DNA of 27,311 bases. It comes from a virus. Its lineage: Duplodnaviria > Caudoviricetes. The position numbers and the translations under genes were made by a program. Within the stretch, counting starts at the first letter, position 1. Each line of letters opens with the position of its first letter. The DNA lies in the IMG/VR virus record IMGVR_UViG_3300045911_000549, positions 1 to 27,311 of that record; one strand, 5' to 3'. A model generated the notes under the pieces. The model worked only from the letters and a program-made list of their open reading frames with translations. It had not been told where the DNA came from and searched no databases. Shown one piece after another: positions 9,414 to 16,880 of this stretch.

Positions 9414-9794
9414 ATAAGGCTCCTCAAAATAATGATTTAACTTTGTAAATCCCCCATACCCATACCCAGACCCAGATCCAGACCCAGACCCAGACCCAGA
9501 CCCATCCCCATACCCAGACCCAGACCCAGACCCAGACCCAGACCCAGACCCAGACCCAGACCCATACCCATACCCAGACCCAGACCCATACCCATACCCA
9601 TACCCAGACCCAGACCCATCCCCATACCCATACCCATCCCCATACCCAGACCCATACCATCGGAGAGGTCGAGCAGGCGGAAGAATACCCTCCCTGCGAA
9701 GCCAATCCTCGGCGATGAAATAACCTCTCTCCCCGCACCAATCGGCGGCAATTAACGGACGATGCAACAACAAACGCAGGTCTTCAGGTATCAT
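9414..9794 (-). CDS. Gly-Ser/Gly-Tyr repeat protein with a degenerate TIGR02996-like N-terminus; reads through into DUF6948
   Basis: RPLIAADWCGERG resembles the RLVYADWLEERG motif and is followed by about 34 G-X dipeptides. No stop codon before the DUF6948 ATG. Confidence 0.55.
9453..9656. repeat. Hexanucleotide tandem repeat (CCCAGA/CCCATA/CCCATC) encoding (G-S/Y/D)n
   Basis: Directly visible 6-bp periodicity over about 200 bp. Confidence 0.95.
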
Positions 9795-9810
9795 GCAATT
9801 ACCTTTTGAA

Positions 9811-9918
9811 TCAGATTGTTCCATTCCCGAAAGCATCACGAACCCGCTTTCCTACCGGCATTCCCGCACGGGCGAGAAAGGGCTTTTCGTCGGTGTTCGG
9901 TTTCTCCGTTGCGTTCAT
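9811..9918 (-). CDS. Small hypothetical protein (35 aa)
   Basis: ATG at 9918 with AGGT RBS, downstream of a promoter. Translates MNATEKPNTDEKPFLARAGMPVGKRVRDAFGNGTI. Confidence 0.35.
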   Translation of the reverse strand: MNATEKPNTDEKPFLARAGMPVGKRVRDAFGNGTI

Positions 9919-9934
9919 GGTTTACCTGTGCTAT

Positions 9935-9994
9935 AGTTACTGGTAACTAAGTTACTCGACAACCAAAATATACAGTTCTTAGGAATTCTGTCAA
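9935..9994 (-). promoter_or_regulatory. Sigma70-type promoter with overlapping GTAAC/GTTAC inverted boxes
   Basis: TTGACA(9994-9989)-N16-TATATT(9972-9967). Palindromes AGTTAC-TG-GTAACT and GTAACT-A-AGTTAC lie at 9935-9955. Confidence 0.55.
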
Positions 9995-10226
9995 CTAGGT
10001 GGTTGGGGCAGCTCTGCGAACGGTCGGTAATGTCGCTGGGGCTATTATTGGCCGTCCATGATCTTGACAGCATAGGTGAAGATTTGGTACAATATCTTTG
10101 CCAAGATTATTGCTAGGGGCTTGGTCGATCCCTTACAAAATCTTCCAAGCCCCTTCGATATCGAGGGGGTCTTTTTTCTCGGCATAAGTATGTCCCATTA
10201 TTGATTCTCCAAAGGGGCTTCTGGGA

Positions 10227-10397
10227 TCAGGGGCTCGACATCCAAAGACCCAGCCAAGACTTATACAGGCTTTGGCCTTCGATCCCCGCACACAAGCGAA
10301 GTGTATCAACGGGGGCCTGTCGGTTACGGGCAGCAAATGCGTCCCAGCGTTTGTGGGCTTCCCCGATCATATCGAGGAATAATTTAGAGATATTCAT
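10227..10397 (-). CDS. Small hypothetical protein (56 aa)
   Basis: ATGA overlap with the DUF1064 stop; translates MNISKLFLDMIGEAHKRWDAF... Confidence 0.4.
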   Translation of the reverse strand: MNISKLFLDMIGEAHKRWDAFAARNRQAPVDTLRLCAGIEGQSLYKSWLGLWMSSP

Positions 10398-10948
10398 TTC
10401 CTTTTCCTCTCCCCTTTCGGGGGTTTCATAGTTTCTCTGATCTTATGCCCGTATAAGGCATAGAGTAATTTTTTGCGGATAACGTAGTCCCTTCTTTTGG
10501 CAGTTGAAGGGTTTTTGAAGTCTTCAACGATATAGATTTCTTCCCCAGCTTTGCCGATTTCCCAATAGCAAAAGTCAGCCGTGTAAGTGCTGATCCTTTC
10601 CCCGTTTACGATCAAGGGAAACTCAACCTGCCTTTCCAATCCCCGAAGCTGCCCGATGGCTTGCAGCCGTAGTAATTCGATCCAACGGTCTCGCTCCCCG
10701 AGGGAATGGAAAGTCTGCCCGTCGAAAATGGTAATTTTGTTGTTGAATTTGCCCCGTCGCTTGGGCTTTTCTGGGGTTGGGGTTGGGGCTGGGGATATCG
10801 AAAGATTGGGGGCAGCGAAGGGCAAGAAAATCGGCTTGTCTTCCTGCCCTTCGAGGGCTTCGATTCGGGCTTTTCTAACTGTTAGATTGCTGCCCATTTT
10901 CAGGATCAGGTCGTTCACTTCCTGCTCCGTCATTCTGATTGTTGGCAT
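10394..10948 (-). CDS. DUF1064 family PD-(D/E)xK endonuclease
   Basis: KFNNKITIFDGQTFHSLGE..RW, LERQVEFPL, YTADFCY, IVEDFK. Confidence 0.85.
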   Translation of the reverse strand: MPTIRMTEQEVNDLILKMGSNLTVRKARIEALEGQEDKPIFLPFAAPNLSISPAPTPTPEKPKRRGKFNNKITIFDGQTFHSLGERDRWIELLRLQAIGQLRGLERQVEFPLIVNGERISTYTADFCYWEIGKAGEEIYIVEDFKNPSTAKRRDYVIRKKLLYALYGHKIRETMKPPKGERKRK

Positions 10949-11468
10949 TACTTGCTCGCTGGGTAAAGTAGTTGGCCCAAGCCTCCTCGATCAATTCGGC
11001 TTTTTTGGCCCCGATTGAATATCAGTATAGGGACGGCTGAATTGCCCACCTCCTTGCGGGTTTGTGAATTCGTGCAGGCCCCCGAGGGTATTGATATTTG
11101 TGCCCCGAAGCTTTTGGATAATCGGCTCGGGCAGGCCCAGCACTTTGATATCTTCCCGCATCCAAGAGATATCTTCCCCCGAAGTATTGAGGGCAGGGTT
11201 TACGGCTTGCCCGTTAAAAAGGGTGTTGGAAGGCTTGCCCCTGCCACGCTCCCTATCTTCGATCAGGTCGGACAATTCGAGAAGCAACTGTTCTTTGATC
11301 TTGGGAGCATTGCTGGCGGCCGGCCACACAGCATTCTTGCCAAAGCCGTTTGGTTTCGCGGACTTGCTTGTTCTTTTCGCTTACGAGCTGCAAAGTTTCT
11401 TCGTCGTAGTAGCTAATGGCTTCGATCTCGATTTCGTTGGTCGGCTTAATCTCAACGGGATCAAGCCC
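10875..11468 (-). pseudogene. Frameshifted gene with an RNA polymerase alpha-CTD-like (HhH) domain
   Basis: Protein-like text spans three reading segments: ...EETLQLVSEKNKQVRETKRLWQECCVA / ASNAPKIKEQLL...IKVLGLPEPIIQKLRGTNINTLGGL...YTDIQ / IGAKKAELIEEAWANYF. Shifts fall near 11320 and 11015, and there is no clear in-frame start. Confidence 0.5.
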
Positions 11469-11471
11469 CTT

Positions 11472-13109
11472 TCAGACTTCTTTCTTGTAAGGATTTACGT
11501 GATACTCAGGCAGGGGGGGCCTACCGACCCCCGTAAAAGGTCGATCCACTGCCCGAAGCCAATTCAATTTGCAGAGATAGCTCAAAGGCCCATTCAGCTT
11601 TTCAATCGACGAAAAACGCTTGTTTCGGCATAAGCTACTCCAAGCCTCAGCACGGGTAAAAGTCCAACGCTTCCCGTTGATAATCCATCGCCACACAGCT
11701 TCGACATCGGGGATACGGCTGTCCATATGCCCTATTCCAATTACCTTAGCCGCATGTTTGCGAAAGTATTCAGTCACTTCGGCTGCCTTTGCCATCGATA
11801 CCCCCGAAACGGTTGTAGGCTCCGGATCATGCTCCCGACCCGGTGTGCTGGCCCAATCAAGAAGCTCGATAATTAGCGAAAGCCTTGCACAAAGGTCTTT
11901 CGATTTTCCCCAGAAGCTCCGAAGCTGGGGAGGGAATAAAGGGTCGTTGCATTCTTTTGCCAATGCGTCTCGCATTTCGCACCAAACTTCCCAAGCCGAT
12001 TCTGTCAGGCGCAGCTTTCTATCTTGGGTATGACGGGGGCACGGGGGCTCTGGGTTTTGATCGGTTGCCAGCGTCGGCTCGGCTAAATCCATTGGGATCG
12101 ACCAAAGTTTTCGGCATGTTTCCCTCCAAGTTACCCAATGGGAAGTTTCCCACTTTTTCCCGTCTTCCCCCTGCTCGGGCAATTCTTCGGGATAGCACCA
12201 CGCAAACCGCTCAGCAAAGCCGTCGTCAAATTGGAATAGCTCAGGCAATCGGGCAGGCTGCACCGATCCCATCAAGGTTACGGTTGGGGCTGAAAGGCTG
12301 ATCGTGTTTTTGGAACCCTTACGAACGATGGTAAGATTGCCCCCGTCTGCCAGCGTGAGAAATTGTTGCCTATCCCCCCCTTTGCCACCCCTGTATTGAT
12401 TCTGCCCCAGAAGCCACCCGAGGATCTCGTCGCTATGAATAATCAAGCCCCGTCGCTGGCAATACAAAAGCTCGGCAAGCCCTTCGGCTGTCATATCCGT
12501 GACGTACAATTCCCCTTCACCCGGTGGGTAAATTTTCAATTGGGGATGCTTTTCTCGGGGATTGATTACCCTGCAAAGCAAGCCAGCTTCGGACCGACGA
12601 TCCTGCTCCCGTCGGACCGGCTCCATTAGCTTTCGCATTGCTGGGGATTTTTTGGCATATGAGGGGCCAACAAGAACAAGGTTCAGCCGGGCAGTGTGGG
12701 TATATCCGTCCTTGATTTCGACCTTTCGGGTGGCCCCGATACACCCGGCTGCCACAGAAAGGGCACTGGTGGCAGCGTAATCTATCGGGCATTGAACGGC
12801 TTGGGCCAGAAGGTCCACGGCTTCCCCAATTTTGTCGTGAAAGATGTGCAAGGGGAATTTGGGGACAGCTTCGCTGGTCGTTGGCCCCAAAGGGAGCGGG
12901 GCTTCCCAATCGGTCACCACTGGGATGTAGGGCTCTGGCTCTTTGCCTTTCGCTTTGGCCTTCACTTCGGCTTCTTTCTTTGCTGCCCTGTATTTATCTT
13001 TCGCTGATGTCACGGGGGTATCCTTTGGAATTATGGGGGTATTAGCACGACTTCCATTTACGATTTTGCTGGGCTTCGATCTCTGCGACCCAGCTACGGA
13101 GAAGGGCAT
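11472..13109 (-). CDS. DUF3987 (YfjI-like) replication helicase/primase-associated protein
   Basis: FPLHIF...AVQCPID, LNLVLVGPSYAKKSPAM (degenerate Walker A), TDMTAEGL, SDEILGWL, GSVQP, DGFAERF, and a C-terminal winged-helix-like region. Confidence 0.85.
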   Translation of the reverse strand: MPFSVAGSQRSKPSKIVNGSRANTPIIPKDTPVTSAKDKYRAAKKEAEVKAKAKGKEPEPYIPVVTDWEAPLPLGPTTSEAVPKFPLHIFHDKIGEAVDLLAQAVQCPIDYAATSALSVAAGCIGATRKVEIKDGYTHTARLNLVLVGPSYAKKSPAMRKLMEPVRREQDRRSEAGLLCRVINPREKHPQLKIYPPGEGELYVTDMTAEGLAELLYCQRRGLIIHSDEILGWLLGQNQYRGGKGGDRQQFLTLADGGNLTIVRKGSKNTISLSAPTVTLMGSVQPARLPELFQFDDGFAERFAWCYPEELPEQGEDGKKWETSHWVTWRETCRKLWSIPMDLAEPTLATDQNPEPPCPRHTQDRKLRLTESAWEVWCEMRDALAKECNDPLFPPQLRSFWGKSKDLCARLSLIIELLDWASTPGREHDPEPTTVSGVSMAKAAEVTEYFRKHAAKVIGIGHMDSRIPDVEAVWRWIINGKRWTFTRAEAWSSLCRNKRFSSIEKLNGPLSYLCKLNWLRAVDRPFTGVGRPPLPEYHVNPYKKEV

Positions 13110-13482
13110 TTTGCTTTTCGGCTTCGGCCAGCCTAATCTCTAATTCTGCGACTTTTCCAATCAAGAACTCATTATCTTCGCTGGCAGATTGGAGTTTTGG
13201 GCCAATCTGGGCAGCAAGATCGGAGCAAGCTGCCCCCGTTGCCAATTCTACCACCTTCCAAAGGAGATCTAAAACAGGGGCTTGAATATCCCCCTGTCGC
13301 TCAATTTCCCGAAGTGCTTGCCCAATTTGATAGCGGGGTGATTCGATTGCCCGTAGGGTATCCTCAACCGTTCCCCGGGCTTGGCAAAAGGGCTCCGTTC
13401 TGGGGCTGGGTAGTGAATTTGACATCTGTTTTAGGTATCGATTGAAGGGTTGGGGTTTGCAAGGGGGTCGTCCCTGATCCAA
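13042..13482 (-). CDS. Hypothetical protein with a C-terminal coiled coil
   Basis: 146-aa ORF filling the gap between the YqaJ and DUF3987 genes; start uncertain. Confidence 0.55.
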   Translation of the reverse strand: MDQGRPPCKPQPFNRYLKQMSNSLPSPRTEPFCQARGTVEDTLRAIESPRYQIGQALREIERQGDIQAPVLDLLWKVVELATGAACSDLAAQIGPKLQSASEDNEFLIGKVAELEIRLAEAEKQNALLRSWVAEIEAQQNRKWKSC

Positions 13483-13533
13483 TTAGTCCGAAAGGAGAAT
13501 TCTTTCGGCTGCCCAGCCACCAAAGCCCTGTAA

Positions 13534-14226
13534 TTAACTTGCCCCATTTTCTTTTCTCCATTGTTGAATTCTCTGCCAGAATTTCTCGACTTCGGGCAGG
13601 ACTTGCTCCTTAAATACCGATTCGTTTTTCCTGATCTTTATAAGGGCCAATTGATCCCGTTCGGAAAACCTTTTGAGATTGTCTGAGTAGGAGCAATACC
13701 AGCACTCGTCCAAGCCCGTGACGTGGAGCTGCCATTGAACTTGGGGCATGTAAATAAGGGGAGGCTGCCCCATTAAAGCAAGCTGGTGTTTCTGCCAATC
13801 CAAGCACTTAATTGCCAAAAGGATCGGCTGCCCTTTGTGAAGCCCGATCCCGTCAAGGCTGGCCCTTTTCCAACGGTCGGCTTCCCCGATCATCTGGCAG
13901 CAAGCTGCATAAAATTGGATATCGTATCTTTGCTCGGTGAGGAATCGGGCAGTCGGTTCAAGCCCTGCCCCCCGTCGCATTGCAAAGGATGATTCTGTCT
14001 CCCAGCCGGGCTCGCTGGTTTTTTGCCGAAAGATCTTTTCTGCCCCTCGGTCATCGTAAGGCCAATCTTTCCCGAAATAAATTGGGCCAATATCAGACCC
14101 CCCGATACCCCAGCCACGCCAAAGATACCAGTCCCGGCTTCGCTGATCCAATCGCACAAGCTTGCAGCGATCCCGAAGGGGGGCCATGCTAAAGATCGAT
14201 TCTAGGGGGTCGGTGTAATTGCTCAT
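13534..14226 (-). CDS. YqaJ-like (lambda exonuclease family) recombination nuclease
   Basis: QRSRDWYLWRGWGIGGSDI, MRRGAGLEP, RASLDG, LAIKC (E-x-K position is Ala), YMPQVQWQLHVTG. Confidence 0.85.
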   Translation of the reverse strand: MSNYTDPLESIFSMAPLRDRCKLVRLDQRSRDWYLWRGWGIGGSDIGPIYFGKDWPYDDRGAEKIFRQKTSEPGWETESSFAMRRGAGLEPTARFLTEQRYDIQFYAACCQMIGEADRWKRASLDGIGLHKGQPILLAIKCLDWQKHQLALMGQPPLIYMPQVQWQLHVTGLDECWYCSYSDNLKRFSERDQLALIKIRKNESVFKEQVLPEVEKFWQRIQQWRKENGAS

Positions 14227-14272
14227 AAACCCCTCTCCGGTTTCGCACCGGCTGCCCCCGAAGGGGAGGTTT
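14227..14272 (-). ncRNA. tRNA-like three-way RNA element (UUCG hairpin + T-loop-like arm) covering the YqaJ RBS
   Basis: AAACCT-CCCC TTCG GGGG-GCAG-CCGG TGCGAAA CCGG-AGAGGGGTTT immediately before the ATG. Confidence 0.45.
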
Positions 14273-14366
14273 CGTTCGGGCTGGAAAACAGATGGTAAAA
14301 TCTGCCCGCTAAACAGAGGGGGGATAAATGATCCTGATTCGGGGCAGGATCGACCCCCGAAGCTGG

Positions 14367-15047
14367 TTAAGCTTCGACGTTTTGGTTGGCTTCGGCTTCG
14401 TTCATGTCCCGTTGGTATCGCAGCTCATCCCGTTTGAGGGCTTCCTTGTGGATGCGAAGGAAGGCACTGTAAAAGTGATTCCCCGTGTCCTTTTCATCCT
14501 GCAATACGGGGCAGCCTGCTTGAACGGCTTTAATATGCTGATCCCCAACAGACCGAAAGAAGTCTCGGCTTTCTCGCTCTCGCATTTTTTCAACGGGAAT
14601 GCAGCCGATTTTGGAAAGCTGGAAGCAATGAAAGAGGGCCAGCTTCGTGTCCCGAAGCAAAAATACAACCTCCTCGGGCAGATCGATTTCGGCTTTGGCA
14701 AGGGCCTGATAAATCTGGGAAAGGCAGCCAGCCGTTACCCCGAAGGAAATTGTAGCATTCACCATCAATTCCTTGTGGGTATCTTCGGGGTAATCGGGAA
14801 GCATTTGAACCTGTTGCCGAACATTTTCAAAGCCCCACATTTCGGGGGGCATCGGAACCTCAGATTTGGCAGCCTGAATACACATGTGGGCCTGCCCGTT
14901 GTACTTCCTGTCTTTTACCAGATCATCCCAAGAGAAGTCCTTGTTCTCGGGAACATCGTCCATGCTGATCGTTAGCTCGGACTTTTGCGTACCGATTTCT
15001 TTGGGGCCTTCTGGCCACGCATTGTTTGAAAAATACATTCTTGCCAT
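14367..15047 (-). CDS. Hypothetical phage protein
   Basis: 226-aa ORF with GGAG RBS, co-directional with the operon; no family recognised. Confidence 0.7.
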   Translation of the reverse strand: MARMYFSNNAWPEGPKEIGTQKSELTISMDDVPENKDFSWDDLVKDRKYNGQAHMCIQAAKSEVPMPPEMWGFENVRQQVQMLPDYPEDTHKELMVNATISFGVTAGCLSQIYQALAKAEIDLPEEVVFLLRDTKLALFHCFQLSKIGCIPVEKMRERESRDFFRSVGDQHIKAVQAGCPVLQDEKDTGNHFYSAFLRIHKEALKRDELRYQRDMNEAEANQNVEA

Positions 15048-15066
15048 CGATCTATCTCCGTTTATA

Positions 15067-15108
15067 GTAACATAGGGGATCGAACCCTACCCCAGCCTTT
15101 GCTGTTAC
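15067..15108 (-). ncRNA. tRNA-like minihelix element (acceptor-like stem + T-arm)
   Basis: GTAACA...TAGGG TTCGATC CCCTA-TGTTAC: a 5-bp T-stem with a TTCG loop stacked directly on a 6-bp closing stem. Confidence 0.55.
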
Positions 15109-15398
15109 GGCTGGGGGCTTCTAGCGACTTCGCTGAGGCTGGGGCTGGCTTTGCCATTACTCATCTTCTCCTCTTCTCCTTTCTGGGGCTTTCCTTTTCG
15201 GCTGATCTTGGGCAGCCGTTTACCTTTTTGCAGGTTGCAAAGGGTAGACCAGATTTCTTGGTTGGTATATCCGCTCGGGCATCGTTTCCGGAACCGAAAG
15301 GCAATACTCGTAAAAGATCGAGTGTAGGGTAGCTGATCGAGGGGAACCCCCATATCCGAGTACAGCTTGACCAGAATTTGAATATCACTTTCTTTCAT
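15105..15398 (-). CDS. Small basic protein (LDQLPYT...IWSTLCNLQKGKRLP family) directly downstream of the solitary CRISPR repeat
   Basis: Probable true start is ATG 15398 with AGGAGG at 15405-15410. The ORF-track start MAELK at 15494 lies inside the repeat. Confidence 0.7.
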   Translation of the reverse strand: MKESDIQILVKLYSDMGVPLDQLPYTRSFTSIAFRFRKRCPSGYTNQEIWSTLCNLQKGKRLPKISRKGKPQKGEEEKMSNGKASPSLSEVARSPQP

Positions 15399-15420
15399 AA
15401 TGAACCTCCTATTGTCATCT

Positions 15421-15470
15421 AAGCGTTTGCTCCGGACTCGAACCAGATCCTCTCGCGAGAAGATACCAAA
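15421..15470 (-). ncRNA. tRNA-like element (hairpin + T-arm) just 3' of the solitary repeat
   Basis: GTTTG-GT-ATCTTCTCGCGAGAGGA-TCTGG TTCGAGT CCGGA-G-CAAAC; canonical GGTTCGAGTCC T-arm at 15431-15447. Confidence 0.55.
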
Positions 15471-15478
15471 CCTACCAC

Positions 15479-15514
15479 GCTTCAATTCGGCCATGCTTAT
15501 TCAAGCATGGAAAT
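15479..15514 (-). CRISPR. Solitary CRISPR repeat unit (type I-G-like); candidate RNA anti-CRISPR / crRNA-like RNA
   Basis: The reverse complement is 36/36 identical to the repeat at 50-85. It is intergenic and in sense orientation in the early operon, with no second repeat at spacer distance on either side. Confidence 0.85.
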
Positions 15515-15555
15515 GATATATCGTTGTGCTTTGATGCACCAGATTAAGTAACAGA

Positions 15556-15753
15556 TCACGGCTTTTCGTCGCGGATGATTGCCCCGTTGGGGCCTGCCTT
15601 TAATACAATTTTGGGGCCTTTTTTTAATCCCTGATAAATCCAGACTGCAAGATCACGAAGGGCATCAATGGCTTTATCTCGGATTTCAATATCTTGAATA
15701 TCTTCGGATATACCATCCTCTAATTCATTGAAAATCTTTTGATAATCTACCAT
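15556..15753 (-). CDS. Small hypothetical protein (65 aa) upstream of the solitary repeat
   Basis: AAGGA RBS, acidic N-terminal half, co-directional with the operon. Confidence 0.65.
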   Translation of the reverse strand: MVDYQKIFNELEDGISEDIQDIEIRDKAIDALRDLAVWIYQGLKKGPKIVLKAGPNGAIIRDEKP

Positions 15754-15784
15754 TGATGTTCCTTTGTTTGATTGGGCTGCCCGA

Positions 15785-16372
15785 TTATCTTAATCGGATC
15801 GGCTGGGGGCAATTCCCGTTAGGGCAGCTTTCTTGATTCGGATACACGACCCAGCTTCCCGAGGAGCCTTGATTGGGATAAGGGAAGCCGGGGGTGCGAT
15901 TGAGATAAAAGCTTTCGACCCTTTGGGCTTCGGTCTGTCTTGGATCGATCCCAACGGACTCAGGGCTTGGCAGAATGATCGGGGCAGAAACAGGCCCCGA
16001 AGAAATTGCCACAGCTTGGGTAGGCCATTGGCATTGGGTAGTTACTCGGCGGGTGCGATTGAGATAAAAGCTTTCGACCCTTTGGGCTTCGGTCTGTCTT
16101 GGATCGATCCCAACGGACTCAGGGCTTGGCAGAATGATCGGGGCAGAAACAGGCCCCGAAGAAATTGCCACAGCTTGGGTAGGCCATTGGCATTGGGTAG
16201 TTACTCGGCTGCCCCCTGATCCACCGCAAGGCTGGCAGAATCGAACAGGCCCACCGCACGATCCCGATTGCAACGGCTGGCAGGGGAAACACCGGAAAAA
16301 GAAAGCTTCGGCTTTCGCTGGGGCAAAAACAAAAGCCCCCAATCCGAGAAGGGCAAACAACAATTTTTTCAT
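15785..16372 (-). CDS. Secreted Cys/Pro-rich protein with an internal 53-aa duplication
   Basis: Signal peptide MKKLLFALLGLGAFVFAPAKAEA, C-terminal SCPNGNCP, AAGGAG RBS. Confidence 0.75.
   Translation of the reverse strand: MKKLLFALLGLGAFVFAPAKAEAFFFRCFPCQPLQSGSCGGPVRFCQPCGGSGGSRVTTQCQWPTQAVAISSGPVSAPIILPSPESVGIDPRQTEAQRVESFYLNRTRRVTTQCQWPTQAVAISSGPVSAPIILPSPESVGIDPRQTEAQRVESFYLNRTPGFPYPNQGSSGSWVVYPNQESCPNGNCPQPIRLR
15892..16209. repeat. Perfect 159-bp tandem duplication (15892-16050 / 16051-16209)
   Basis: Both copies begin GGGTGCGATTGAGATAAAAG and end GGGTAGTTACTCGGC; the duplication is in frame. Confidence 0.95.
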
Positions 16373-16761
16373 ACTACCAACTCCTTTTTTTGGGGTTTCG
16401 GGATCTCAAAAACATTGAACTGGTAAAGATCGATCAAAGGCTTATCTGGGCTGCCAACGATCAGGATTCCCCCGAAAGTTTTGGGCAGATTGTAAGCCCC
16501 TGAAAGGTCAGCACCAACCACCTTTACAGTGTGCTGCAAGCCAAGCCCGAAGCTGAATTGATTGTTGGCCCTTCGGAGGGTATCCGTTCGAAGGTCAGAC
16601 CATTTCATCAATATACAGCCGAGCGGATTGTTGGCTTCGGCTTCGATCAGGGTGCGAGCAAAGCTGGGGCTGCAAACCTTGATCGATTGTCCGAACCCTG
16701 CCCTGATTTTTTCATCGGGGAGGGACAGCTTTATTTCTGAATTCACCAAAACGACCAGCAT
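16369..16761 (-). CDS. Hypothetical protein
   Basis: 130 aa, GGAG RBS, stop overlaps the next ATG. Confidence 0.7.
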   Translation of the reverse strand: MLVVLVNSEIKLSLPDEKIRAGFGQSIKVCSPSFARTLIEAEANNPLGCILMKWSDLRTDTLRRANNQFSFGLGLQHTVKVVGADLSGAYNLPKTFGGILIVGSPDKPLIDLYQFNVFEIPKPQKKELVV

Positions 16762-16778
16762 AAAAACTCCACAGGCGA

Positions 16779-16874
16779 AACGTCGTTCCGGAGTCGAACC
16801 GGAAAGGCCCCCACATCCAAGATCGTAGGATAAGTAAAACGATCTTTTTCTCTTGCCTTTGCCCAGCCGACGTT
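16779..16874 (-). ncRNA. tRNA-like element with an enlarged middle arm
   Basis: Closing stem AACGTCG/CGACGTT, internal stem AAGATCGT/ACGATCTT, T-arm TCCGG TTCGACT CCGGA (16787-16803). It fills the intergenic gap. Confidence 0.6.
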
Positions 16875-16880
16875 CTCAAT

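Noticed and set aside
9424-9751. (WV)n and (GL/GM)n ORFs
   Set aside because: Alternative-frame readings of the hexamer repeat.
50-15514. Inverted repeats flanking a 15.4-kb invertible segment, or att sites
   Set aside because: No recombinase is present, the repeat has CRISPR structure with a spacer, and the left copy may be an assembly join.
15540-15551. 12-mer TTACTTAATCTG upstream of the solitary repeat also occurs at 20628-20639 (possible self-target)
   Set aside because: The match does not extend, and 12-mer coincidences are expected in 27 kb.
15892-16209. Diversity-generating retroelement TR/VR pair
   Set aside because: The copies are identical and adjacent with no adenine-specific mismatches, and there is no reverse transcriptase in the window.
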